From: Eimeria praecox | Lineage: Eukaryota | Direction: 5' to 3' | DNA length: 64,000 nucleotides | Assembly: GCA_963920595.1 (NCBI GenBank) | Contig: OY986946.1 | Span: forward strand, 1-64,000 | Position numbers and translations under genes: made by a program | Shown: piece by piece, positions 1 to 19,344 of the stretch | Layout of the letters: each line of letters starts with the position of its first letter | Numbering within the stretch: the stretch's first letter is position 1 | Notes under the pieces: generated by a model | Seen by the model: only the letters and a program-made list of their open reading frames with translations | What the model was told of the DNA's origin: nothing | Databases searched by the model: none

Positions 1-3000
1 CCTAATAAACCCTAAACCCTAAACCCTAAACCCTAAACCCTAAACCCTAAACCCTAAACCCTAAACCCTAAACCCTAAACCCTAAACCCTAAACCCTAAA
101 CCCTAAACCCTAAACCCTAAACCCTAAACCCTAAACCCTAAACCCTAAACCCTAAACCCTAAACCCTAAACCCTAAACCCTAAACCCTAAACCCTAAACC
201 CTAAACCCTAAACCCTAAACCCTAAACCCTAAACCCTAAACCCTAAACCCTAAACCCTAAACCCTAAACCCTAAACCCTAAACCCTAAACCCTAAACCCT
301 AAACCCTAAACCCTAAACCCTAAACCCTAAACCCTAAACCCTAAACCCTAAACCCTAAACCCTAAACCCTAAACCCTAAACCCTAAACCCTAAACCCTAA
401 ACCCTAAACCCTAAACCCTAAACCCTAAACCCTAAACCCTAAACCCTAAACCCTAAACCCTAAACCCTAAACCCTAAACCCTAAACCCTAAACCCTAAAC
501 CCTAAACCCTAAACCCTAAACCCTAAACCCTAAACCCTAAACCCTAAACCCTAAACCCTAAACCCTAAACCCTAAACCCTAAACCCTAAACCCTAAACCC
601 TAAACCCTAAACCCTAAACCCTAAACCCTAAACCCTAAACCCTAAACCCTAAACCCTAAACCCTAAACCCTAAACCCTAAACCCTAAACCCTAAACCCTA
701 AACCCTAAACCCTAAACCCTAAACCCTAAACCCTAAACCCTAAACCCTAAACCCTAAACCCTAAACCCTAAACCCTAAACCCTAAACCCTAAACCCTAAA
801 CCCTAAACCCTAAACCCTAAACCCTAAACCCTAAACCCTAAACCCTAAACCCTAAACCCTAAACCCTAAACCCTAAACCCTAAACCCTAAACCCTAAACC
901 CTAAACCCTAAACCCTAAACCCTAAACCCTAAACCCTAAACCCTAAACCCTAAACCCTAAACCCTAAACCCTAAACCCTAAACCCTAAACCCTAAACCCT
1001 AAACCCTAAACCCTAAACCCTAAACCCTAAACCCTAAACCCTAAACCCTAAACCCTAAACCCTAAACCCTAAACCCTAAACCCTAAACCCTAAACCCTAA
1101 ACCCTAAACCCTAAACCCTAAACCCTAAACCCTAAACCCTAAACCCTAAACCCTAAACCCTAAACCCTAAACCCTAAACCCTAAACCCTAAACCCTAAAC
1201 CCTAAACCCTAAACCCTAAACCCTAAACCCTAAACCCTAAACCCTAAACCCTAAACCCTAAACCCTAAACCCTAAACCCTAAACCCTAAACCCTAAACCC
1301 TAAACCCTAAACCCTAAACCCTAAACCCTAAACCCTAAACCCTAAACCCTAAACCCTAAACCCTAAACCCTAAACCCTAAACCCTAAACCCTAAACCCTA
1401 AACCCTAAACCCTAAACCCTAAACCCTAAACCCTAAACCCTAAACCCTAAACCCTAAACCCTAAACCCTAAACCCTAAACCCTAAACCCTAAACCCTAAA
1501 CCCTAAACCCTAAACCCTAAACCCTAAACCCTAAACCCTAAACCCTAAACCCTAAACCCTAAACCCTAAACCCTAAACCCTAAACCCTAAACCCTAAACC
1601 CTAAACCCTAAACCCTAAACCCTAAACCCTAAACCCTAAACCCTAAACCCTAAACCCTAAACCCTAAACCCTAAACCCTAAACCCTAAACCCTAAACCCT
1701 AAACCCTAAACCCTAAACCCTAAACCCTAAACCCTAAACCCTAAACCCTAAACCCTAAACCCTAAACCCTAAACCCTAAACCCTAAACCCTAAACCCTAA
1801 ACCCTAAACCCTAAACCCTAAACCCTAAACCCTAAACCCTAAACCCTAAACCCTAAACCCTAAACCCTAAACCCTAAACCCTAAACCCTAAACCCTAAAC
1901 CCTAAACCCTAAACCCTAAACCCTAAACCCTAAACCCTAAACCCTAAACCCTAAACCCTAAACCCTAAACCCTAAACCCTAAACCCTAAACCCTAAACCC
2001 TAAACCCTAAACCCTAAACCCTAAACCCTAAACCCTAAACCCTAAACCCTAAACCCTAAACCCTAAACCCTAAACCCTAAACCCTAAACCCTAAACCCTA
2101 AACCCTAAACCCTAAACCCTAAACCCTAAACCCTAAACCCTAAACCCTAAACCCTAAACCCTAAACCCTAAACCCTAAACCCTAAACCCTAAACCCTAAA
2201 CCCTAAACCCTAAACCCTAAACCCTAAACCCTAAACCCTAAACCCTAAACCCTAAACCCTAAACCCTAAACCCTAAACCCTAAACCCTAAACCCTAAACC
2301 CTAAACCCTAAACCCTAAACCCTAAACCCTAAACCCTAAACCCTAAACCCTAAACCCTAAACCCTAAACCCTAAACCCTAAACCCTAAACCCTAAACCCT
2401 AAACCCTAAACCCTAAACCCTAAACCCTAAACCCTAAACCCTAAACCCTAAACCCTAAACCCTAAACCCTAAACCCTAAACCCTAAACCCTAAACCCTAA
2501 ACCCTAAACCCTAAACCCTAAACCCTAAACCCTAAACCCTAAACCCTAAACCCTAAACCCTAAACCCTAAACCCTAAACCCTAAACCCTAAACCCTAAAC
2601 CCTAAACCCTAAACCCTAAACCCTAAACCCTAAACCCTAAACCCTAAACCCTAAACCCTAAACCCTAAACCCTAAACCCTAAACCCTAAACCCTAAACCC
2701 TAAACCCTAAACCCTAAACCCTAAACCCTAAACCCTAAACCCTAAACCCTAAACCCTAAACCCTAAACCCTAAACCCTAAACCCTAAACCCTAAACCCTA
2801 AACCCTAAACCCTAAACCCTAAACCCTAAACCCTAAACCCTAAACCCTAAACCCTAAACCCTAAACCCTAAACCCTAAACCCTAAACCCTAAACCCTAAA
2901 CCCTAAACCCTAAACCCTAAACCCTAAACCCTAAACCCTAAACCCTAAACCCTAAACCCTAAACCCTAAACCCTAAACCCTAAACCCTAAACCCTAAACC

Positions 3001-6000
3001 CTAAACCCTAAACCCTAAACCCTAAACCCTAAACCCTAAACCCTAAACCCTAAACCCTAAACCCTAAACCCTAAACCCTAAACCCTAAACCCTAAACCCT
3101 AAACCCTAAACCCTAAACCCTAAACCCTAAACCCTAAACCCTAAACCCTAAACCCTAAACCCTAAACCCTAAACCCTAAACCCTAAACCCTAAACCCTAA
3201 ACCCTAAACCCTAAACCCTAAACCCTAAACCCTAAACCCTAAACCCTAAACCCTAAACCCTAAACCCTAAACCCTAAACCCTAAACCCTAAACCCTAAAC
3301 CCTAAACCCTAAACCCTAAACCCTAAACCCTAAACCCTAAACCCTAAACCCTAAACCCTAAACCCTAAACCCTAAACCCTAAACCCTAAACCCTAAACCC
3401 TAAACCCTAAACCCTAAACCCTAAACCCTAAACCCTAAACCCTAAACCCTAAACCCTAAACCCTAAACCCTAAACCCTAAACCCTAAACCCTAAACCCTA
3501 AACCCTAAACCCTAAACCCTAAACCCTAAACCCTAAACCCTAAACCCTAAACCCTAAACCCTAAACCCTAAACCCTAAACCCTAAACCCTAAACCCTAAA
3601 CCCTAAACCCTAAACCCTAAACCCTAAACCCTAAACCCTAAACCCTAAACCCTAAACCCTAAACCCTAAACCCTAAACCCTAAACCCTAAACCCTAAACC
3701 CTAAACCCTAAACCCTAAACCCTAAACCCTAAACCCTAAACCCTAAACCCTAAACCCTAAACCCTAAACCCTAAACCCTAAACCCTAAACCCTAAACCCT
3801 AAACCCTAAACCCTAAACCCTAAACCCTAAACCCTAAACCCTAAACCCTAAACCCTAAACCCTAAACCCTAAACCCTAAACCCTAAACCCTAAACCCTAA
3901 ACCCTAAACCCTAAACCCTAAACCCTAAACCCTAAACCCTAAACCCTAAACCCTAAACCCTAAACCCTAAACCCTAAACCCTAAACCCTAAACCCTAAAC
4001 CCTAAACCCTAAACCCTAAACCCTAAACCCTAAACCCTAAACCCTAAACCCTAAACCCTAAACCCTAAACCCTAAACCCTAAACCCTAAACCCTAAACCC
4101 TAAACCCTAAACCCTAAACCCTAAACCCTAAACCCTAAACCCTAAACCCTAAACCCTAAACCCTAAACCCTAAACCCTAAACCCTAAACCCTAAACCCTA
4201 AACCCTAAACCCTAAACCCTAAACCCTAAACCCTAAACCCTAAACCCTAAACCCTAAACCCTAAACCCTAAACCCTAAACCCTAAACCCTAAACCCTAAA
4301 CCCTAAACCCTAAACCCTAAACCCTAAACCCTAAACCCTAAACCCTAAACCCTAAACCCTAAACCCTAAACCCTAAACCCTAAACCCTAAACCCTAAACC
4401 CTAAACCCTAAACCCTAAACCCTAAACCCTAAACCCTAAACCCTAAACCCTAAACCCTAAACCCTAAACCCTAAACCCTAAACCCTAAACCCTAAACCCT
4501 AAACCCTAAACCCTAAACCCTAAACCCTAAACCCTAAACCCTAAACCCTAAACCCTAAACCCTAAACCCTAAACCCTAAACCCTAAACCCTAAACCCTAA
4601 ACCCTAAACCCTAAACCCTAAACCCTAAACCCTAAACCCTAAACCCTAAACCCTAAACCCTAAACCCTAAACCCTAAACCCTAAACCCTAAACCCTAAAC
4701 CCTAAACCCTAAACCCTAAACCCTAAACCCTAAACCCTAAACCCTAAACCCTAAACCCTAAACCCTAAACCCTAAACCCTAAACCCTAAACCCTAAACCC
4801 TAAACCCTAAACCCTAAACCCTAAACCCTAAACCCTAAACCCTAAACCCTAAACCCTAAACCCTAAACCCTAAACCCTAAACCCTAAACCCTAAACCCTA
4901 AACCCTAAACCCTAAACCCTAAACCCTAAACCCTAAACCCTAAACCCTAAACCCTAAACCCTAAACCCTAAACCCTAAACCCTAAACCCTAAACCCTAAA
5001 CCCTAAACCCTAAACCCTAAACCCTAAACCCTAAACCCTAAACCCTAAACCCTAAACCCTAAACCCTAAACCCTAAACCCTAAACCCTAAACCCTAAACC
5101 CTAAACCCTAAACCCTAAACCCTAAACCCTAAACCCTAAACCCTAAACCCTAAACCCTAAACCCTAAACCCTAAACCCTAAACCCTAAACCCTAAACCCT
5201 AAACCCTAAACCCTAAACCCTAAACCCTAAACCCTAAACCCTAAACCCTAAACCCTAAACCCTAAACCCTAAACCCTAAACCCTAAACCCTAAACCCTAA
5301 ACCCTAAACCCTAAACCCTAAACCCTAAACCCTAAACCCTAAACCCTAAACCCTAAACCCTAAACCCTAAACCCTAAACCCTAAACCCTAAACCCTAAAC
5401 CCTAAACCCTAAACCCTAAACCCTAAACCCTAAACCCTAAACCCTAAACCCTAAACCCTAAACCCTAAACCCTAAACCCTAAACCCTAAACCCTAAACCC
5501 TAAACCCTAAACCCTAAACCCTAAACCCTAAACCCTAAACCCTAAACCCTAAACCCTAAACCCTAAACCCTAAACCCTAAACCCTAAACCCTAAACCCTA
5601 AACCCTAAACCCTAAACCCTAAACCCTAAACCCTAAACCCTAAACCCTAAACCCTAAACCCTAAACCCTAAACCCTAAACCCTAAACCCTAAACCCTAAA
5701 CCCTAAACCCTAAACCCTAAACCCTAAACCCTAAACCCTAAACCCTAAACCCTAAACCCTAAACCCTAAACCCTAAACCCTAAACCCTAAACCCTAAACC
5801 CTAAACCCTAAACCCTAAACCCTAAACCCTAAACCCTAAACCCTAAACCCTAAACCCTAAACCCTAAACCCTAAACCCTAAACCCTAAACCCTAAACCCT
5901 AAACCCTAAACCCTAAACCCTAAACCCTAAACCCTAAACCCTAAACCCTAAACCCTAAACCCTAAACCCTAAACCCTAAACCCTAAACCCTAAACCCTAA

Positions 6001-7316
6001 ACCCTAAACCCTAAACCCTAAACCCTAAACCCTAAACCCTAAACCCTAAACCCTAAACCCTAAACCCTAAACCCTAAACCCTAAACCCTAAACCCTAAAC
6101 CCTAAACCCTAAACCCTAAACCCTAAACCCTAAACCCTAAACCCTAAACCCTAAACCCTAAACCCTAAACCCTAAACCCTAAACCCTAAACCCTAAACCC
6201 TAAACCCTAAACCCTAAACCCTAAACCCTAAACCCTAAACCCTAAACCCTAAACCCTAAACCCTAAACCCTAAACCCTAAACCCTAAACCCTAAACCCTA
6301 AACCCTAAACCCTAAACCCTAAACCCTAAACCCTAAACCCTAAACCCTAAACCCTAAACCCTAAACCCTAAACCCTAAACCCTAAACCCTAAACCCTAAA
6401 CCCTAAACCCTAAACCCTAAACCCTAAACCCTAAACCCTAAACCCTAAACCCTAAACCCTAAACCCTAAACCCTAAACCCTAAACCCTAAACCCTAAACC
6501 CTAAACCCTAAACCCTAAACCCTAAACCCTAAACCCTAAACCCTAAACCCTAAACCCTAAACCCTAAACCCTAAACCCTAAACCCTAAACCCTAAACCCT
6601 AAACCCTAAACCCTAAACCCTAAACCCTAAACCCTAAACCCTAAACCCTAAACCCTAAACCCTAAACCCTAAACCCTAAACCCTAAACCCTAAACCCTAA
6701 ACCCTAAACCCTAAACCCTAAACCCTAAACCCTAAACCCTAAACCCTAAACCCTAAACCCTAAACCCTAAACCCTAAACCCTAAACCCTAAACCCTAAAC
6801 CCTAAACCCTAAACCCTAAACCCTAAACCCTAAACCCTAAACCCTAAACCCTAAACCCTAAACCCTAAACCCTAAACCCTAAACCCTAAACCCTAAACCC
6901 TAAACCCTAAACCCTAAACCCTAAACCCTAAACCCTAAACCCTAAACCCTAAACCCTAAACCCTAAACCCTAAACCCTAAACCCTAAACCCTAAACCCTA
7001 AACCCTAAACCCTAAACCCTAAACCCTAAACCCTAAACCCTAAACCCTAAACCCTAAACCCTAAACCCTAAACCCTAAACCCTAAACCCTAAACCCTAAA
7101 CCCTAAACCCTAAACCCTAAACCCTAAACCCTAAACCCTAAACCCTAAACCCTAAACCCTAAACCCTAAACCCTAAACCCTAAACCCTAAACCCTAAACC
7201 CTAAACCCTAAACCCTAAACCCTAAACCCTAAACCCTAAACCCTAAACCCTAAACCCTAAACCCTAAACCCTAAACCCTAAACCCTAAACCCTAAACCCT
7301 AAACCCTAAACCCTAA
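1..7316 (+). repeat. Telomeric array (CCCTAAA)n, i.e. TTTAGGG on the minus strand; left chromosome end
   Basis: Uninterrupted 7-bp CCCTAAA units from the window start to ~7316, with the C-rich strand at the 5' end as expected for a chromosome terminus. Confidence 0.99.
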
Positions 7317-7596
7317 TATCAACCCTAAACCCTAATATCAACCCTAAACCCTAATATCAACCCTAAACCCTAATATCAACCCTAAACCCTAATATCAACC
7401 CTAAACCCTAATATCAACCCTAAACCCTAATATCAACCCTAAACCCTAATATCAACCCTAAACCCTAATATCAACCCTAAACCCTAATATCAACCCTAAA
7501 CCCTAATATCAACCCTAAACCCTAATATCAACCCTAAACCCTAATATCAACCCTAAACCCTAATATCAACCCTAAACCCTAATATCAACCCTAAAC
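7311..7596 (+). repeat. Telomere-variant array, 19-bp unit CCCTAATATCAA-CCCTAAA
   Basis: About 15 consecutive copies of a variant 12-mer alternating with a canonical 7-mer. Confidence 0.95.
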
Positions 7597-7835
7597 CCTA
7601 ATCAACCCTAAACGCTAATCAACCCTAAACGCTAATCAACCCTAAACGCTAATCAACCCTAAACGCTAATCAACCCTAAACCCTAATCAACCCTAAACCC
7701 TAATCAACCCTAAACCCTAATCAACCCTAAACCCTAATCAACCCTAAACCCTAATCAACCTTAAACCCTAATCAACCCTAAACCCTAATCAACCCTAAAC
7801 CCTAATCAACCCTAAACCCTAATCAACCCTAAACC
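7597..7835 (+). repeat. Telomere-variant array, 17-bp unit CCCTAATCAA-CCCTAAA, with a CGCTAATCAA sub-block
   Basis: About 14 copies; four adjacent copies at ~7612-7680 carry the C>G variant. Confidence 0.93.
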
Positions 7836-8073
7836 CTAATAAACCCTAAACCCTCATAAACCCTAAACCCTAACAAACCCTAAACCCTAACAAACCCTAG
7901 ACCCTAAACCATAAACCCTAATAAACTGTAAACCCTAGTATACCCTAAACCCTAATAAACCGTACACCCTAATAAATCCTACACCCTAAACCACAAACCC
8001 TAATAAACCGTAAACGCTAATAAAGCCTAAACCCTAATAAACCCTAAACGGTAATAAACCCTAAACACTAAAC
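7836..8073 (+). repeat. Degenerate telomeric repeats at the telomere-subtelomere junction
   Basis: Mosaic of CCCTAATAAA, CCCTAACAAA, CCGTAAA and CCCTAAA units. Confidence 0.9.
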
Positions 8074-8339
8074 AGTCGGTGGAGAGGCATGCGGTGGCTG
8101 CAGCGCGAATTTATCGAATTGTTTATTGGCAAAATATCGTGTGAAGAGGGACTGTCCTACCTGCCTCCCCGCTTCCAGATTTTGGGCTTTAGGAATTGTT
8201 GCAGGGAGCGTGATAAGCCTCGAAGAAGGGCCGTCTGCCGTTCGAAGCCTAGCAAACAGTGATTACTCATTTCGGGCTCCCGGCAGTCCTTTTGCCCCTG
8301 GGGAATGGAGGGTTTGGGGGCTATGCGCAAGCGGGCAAG

Positions 8340-9140
8340 TAAGCCCTAGACCCTCAACCCTAAACCGTAGAAACGTGGGTCTGGTATTCTGGAGCCCTGT
8401 GCTCCTTGAAAATAACAAAACCCTCAAAATTCCTACTTAAACAAATGCCCTAAAACTTAAAACCCAATTGTGTTGCCCAGCTGTTTTGGAAGCCGCAAGC
8501 CTGAGATGCAAGCTGACTATGAAGCGCAGAATGGAGGCTCCTGCACTACCAGCAGTACGCTCCATAAACCCTAAACCCTAAACTCCAGTGGTTCCCTCTC
8601 CCGAACGCACAGCGTCCTCAAATACATCTAAGCAAGGGATGGGTGTTCGGGGTGCATTCGGATTTAGGGGTTAGAATGTAGGGTTTGGGCGCAGCGCTAG
8701 GAGTGGAAAGTTGTCGAGGCCCCGACGCAGCCGTCGAGGATTGCGCCAGTGAGTGTTTAAGGTTCTAGGGTTTAGGCTTTACGAGGGTTTAAGGTTTAGC
8801 AGGATTAGAATTTAGGGTTAGGATTTGCGGTTTCTGGGTGCATTGCCGACGGCTCTGTCTCAGCACGCGTCTTATTATACCCTACGCCTTCGGGTTTAGG
8901 GTTTTGTTATTTAGGTTTACTTTCTATTGAGGAGGAGGAGACAGAGAACGGCAACACATATTCTTCTACTTTCTCCTTAGAGACAATCTTCAGCATCGGA
9001 GTTGCTGCTGTTGGGACTGTCGTTGCTGTAGGCATCGTTATTGACCTATGGAGCACTCAACACATAGCTAGCTACCTACCTGGCTAACTACCTATCTAGC
9101 TGACCAGCTGTAATCCCTAAACCCTAAACATTAAACCCTA
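8340..9140. repeat. Interstitial degenerate telomere-like repeats in both orientations
   Basis: CCCTAAA-like units at ~8340-8585 and 9115-9140; TTTAGGG-like units at ~8660-8915. Confidence 0.75.
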
Positions 9141-10696
9141 CCAATATTCAGCTGTAAAATTGGGGCCAGGAAATGTGATTATAGAGAAACCATGCCCTTC
9201 AAAGCGCACAGGAGAACGATGCGCCGAAGCAGCTCACCAGGCTGTGGGTAGAGACCTTCTTGTATTTATTTTTGGCTCAGCGCACTCGCCTACAGTGTGG
9301 GACCACCCTCCACATGGGGATGCCCGGATAGAAATAATGTGGTATCCCTCAAAGCGTTCACGCATCGTAAATTCCCCTCACCTCTCAGCGGAAAACCGCG
9401 GTAAGGTCAGAGAGAGGGGGGGCCCGTAAGTACTCGGTTGGATGCTGTGCTATAGAAGCAGCATCCTACGTATCTTTCTTTTTGCTCGACTGCTCGCGCG
9501 AAACGCTGCTTTCAACCCGTACAAATGGCATGAAATTTCGTCTTTGGAAAGTGGACCCATTCTTTGGCTTCCACACTGTGGTGAGCAGCGGGTCAGCAGT
9601 GGCACCAGCCTAGTATAGCGACATCATCTCGGATGCCGATCAACCCCATTCTTCATTGTTGTTTTCGCTTCCTTTTTCAGTGGCAATTAGGCTCACAAGG
9701 ACGTGCGTCTTTTGGCGAAAAGGTCAGGCAGATGCAGCATGCTATACCTAATATTGATGCTTGATCCCTGTTTACTCCCAGGCTAACTACGGAGGGTCAA
9801 GAAAGCGTTAAGAGACAAACTAAAGTACACTTTACAGCTCTACCGCATGCAGCAAAGGGGGCATTACTTGCGCCTGAATTGGAGGCTAGCTTGAAGGGCT
9901 AGCTACAAGGAGGTGCGTTGCAGGCCATGGCAGGCTGGCCCGTGAACCCGCCAACAAAGGCCCACGAGCAGCTGTGCTAAGGACGCCTGCAGGGTGGATG
10001 GGGTTTCAGGTGCTTTCTGCGAACCCATTTGCTAAATATCTGATTCTATTGCAGCTTGCGACGGTCCTGGAATAAGATGGATGCCTCATCGATCGCGGGT
10101 AGAGAGCTGTGCATGGTTGGATGGGTCGTAGATCTTAGGCGAGAGGCTAGGATGAATGGTATGCGCATTGCGCAGGTATTTCGAGGGCATGGGTCTGTCT
10201 CTCCTTTAGGAGACTTTGCCAATTCAATTTGAGCAGTAGGACTGCACAGGGCACTTCCTCAATCCTGCCATGCCCTCTGCCAGCTGTGACAAAGGGGAGG
10301 ATAAGTGTATTCTCTGCTGGATAGCTATTCTCAGCAACGTGAGTGCATGGGGAGCGGGCGTAGAGCCACGCTAGTAAGTGAAATCCAACGTGGGGCACTA
10401 AGCGACTGCGGGAGGCGCTACAGACTACCTGCCTGGCCTTTTGGAACAGCGTTTCAACTGCACGCTGTAACTGGCTCCTCCCTGACACATTTGTTTCGGT
10501 CGCTTTTATTTCGATGTAAATTAGTGCCGTCAAATATCCCCAATGGAGAATGTGCGAATGGGAAAAATTAAACGGTGAAGGGAAGCTTTCACCATGCGCG
10601 TGGTTGACACCACTACAGCAAAATCTCGAGCGGGCAAAAAGCCAGTCATCTGTAAAACAAGAGTCTGGCCAGCAACTTTGGCCGTGTTCCGGAGCC

Positions 10697-11174
10697 ATTA
10701 CTTCTCCTATATCTCTCTGGGGCTTTACAATCCAGGGTGAGATGCAAACAAGAAAATTGTGTGGCGAACTGCAGGTTTGAGTATTTGGTCTCGTTCTTAT
10801 CATGTGGGCAAGCGTACAGTCGGTTTCGTCTGCATGAGAAGTGCCTAGCATACTTATTACTTCTCCTATATCTCTCTGGGGCTTTACAATCCAGGGTGAG
10901 ATGCAAACAAGAAAATTGTGTGGCGAACTGCAGGTTTGAGTATTTGGTCTCGTTCTTATCATGTGGGCAAGCGTACAGTCGGTTTCTTCTGCATGAGAAG
11001 TGCCTAACATACTTATTACTTCTCCTATATCTCTCTGGGGCTTTACAATCCAGGGTGAGATGCAAACAAGAAAATTGTGTGGCGAACTGCAGGTTTGAGT
11101 ATTTGGCCTCGTTCTTATCATGTGGGCAAGCGTACAGTCGGTTTCTTCTGCATGAGAAGTGCCTAACATACTTA
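10697..11174. repeat. Tandem repeat, 3 x 159 bp, near-identical
   Basis: ATTACTTCTCCTATATCTCTCTGGGG recurs at 10697, 10856 and 11015; a 53-aa periodicity appears in three overlapping ORFs. Confidence 0.95.
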
Positions 11175-13109
11175 CTGCAGGGCGCGCAAAACCTGGTAAA
11201 TGAAATTGCAACAGGAGCAGCATTCAAATGCCCCTACTGGTAACTACTGATACCGCTTATATGCTTAAGGCACCTTTTAGTGTGGAAATACCCCACGGGG
11301 CCCTCACATAGTGCACTGCGAATGGCGCCTGGCTGTTGCTGCTCAGAAAGCGACACCTCGCGATATGCACTTAAATTGTTTGAAAGCACCAACCTGTAGT
11401 TGCAATGCCGAAATGCATAGTGGAATATATATTGTTTAAAACATTTTCCCTCGCCTTCTAGAGCAAATACCTGAGCCGTCCCTCAATATATGTCGCCGCC
11501 GGATATGCAAGGGCAATGCAAAAAATCAGCTTCTTTCGCTTCTACGCAGTGCTTCTTCATTCTGAAAGCTGATATTCCAGCTGTCGCTAAGAGTGCAGAA
11601 TGTTTCAAGCATCACGGCCTATCCTTTACATGCGCGCAAGGTCATCCAATACCAGTCCCTGGCAGCCTGCAAGCTTATTTGGGATTTTACGGAGCCTACC
11701 CATCAACCTCTTAGCTAGACAGTGTATGACGTGCTGCCCGACGTTCCCACCATTCTCACTGCAGCAGCTGCTTCACTGGCTATTCAGTGTACGCTGTATC
11801 TCTTGAGACCAACCCTGCAGGATATTTTTACCCTCATCTCCAAAGAAGTGGTGCAGTATAATAGTACTGCTAGTAGATGCCATCTAACACCGTCGCGATT
11901 GCGTGAGTTCTACAAACCGGCTTCATGCAGCCACGGAGAAAGCCCCCAACTGGCTCTAATACGCACGCACGTAAATCATTCAACAGTCGCATCGATCACG
12001 AAGAGCACACCGCGTTGCGTTCGGAGATGGTGAATGGTGTGCAACAACTAGACCTCCCGAATGCAGCCACGCAAGTAACCGTGAAGGCTATATTGCGCAA
12101 AGTTGCCATATTTGGGAAGCTGTGATTTACTGTCTAGGGCCAGAAGCACGCTACGCTCTTTAAGCAGGTTTAAAGCTGCCAACAAGCAAGGTGTTGGCGA
12201 TGGCTCAACGCAGCTACAGCGAAGGCAGGCGCGGCGTTTCCTAGGCTGCTTGGAAACAGTTACAAAAACGCCCCCGATAGACCTGCCAGAATAATTGTGC
12301 CGCCAAAACATTTGGATTCCTTCCCCTGCAGATCAGACCCTAACCACAGCGTAGCAGCAAAACAGTTGACAGGAAAAAATGCCGTTTGGTCATAATAACC
12401 AGGTGAAATTCCACTGAATGGGCCTCAAGATGCTCAACGAACCGTGTACATTTGTCTCGTAACCTGAGATACACTCCGTATTCATCATAGAAACAAGCCT
12501 GGTATGTAGATGCACAAGGTAAACGGAAATGGCCCATTCTGCACGCGCAGGCTTGTGCGCGACTCAAATAGCACAAGCGACGTACTTGCTTCGTGGATAG
12601 CGAGCTGTCGACTACTTGACACACATAGCATGCGGCCTTGGGGCGTCGGTTGCCCCAAGCATGCCTGGGGCAACCAACGCATCTTCCTATTTTGGAGCAC
12701 TCATTTTCGCAAATCGGATGCTCTGAAGCTTGAACAATTCAGAGTATGTTCAATTGTTCGTGGCAATTCCTGTAGTAAAACGTTGTAAAACTTGCCTTGT
12801 AGATTTTTCTCACCGTCAATGGCCCGACTCTGGTAACTATATGCTCTCTCCGACTACTACCAGAAGCAGCTAAACGCCGGGCCTTCAGAAGCACGCCAAT
12901 GCTCAGCCTCAAATGTCTATTCATGCAAGGTGAATGCGCTTCTGCATTAGAGCTGGCATTACAGACAACCCGCTTCCGGAAACTGTGGGCCACAAGGGGC
13001 AGATATTTCGGCAAGCAGTACACAAACCGGTTTCTGGTACTTCAGGTTCCTGGCGCATAGCGCACAAACGGTAGCCAATACGGTGGTCCATCTTACTAGT
13101 CAACCGGAT

Positions 13110-19344
<6,235 letters not shown>

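Noticed and set aside
1..10. Variant CCTAATAAA at the very start of the telomere
   Set aside because: A single unit at the contig edge; it cannot be separated from read-end error.
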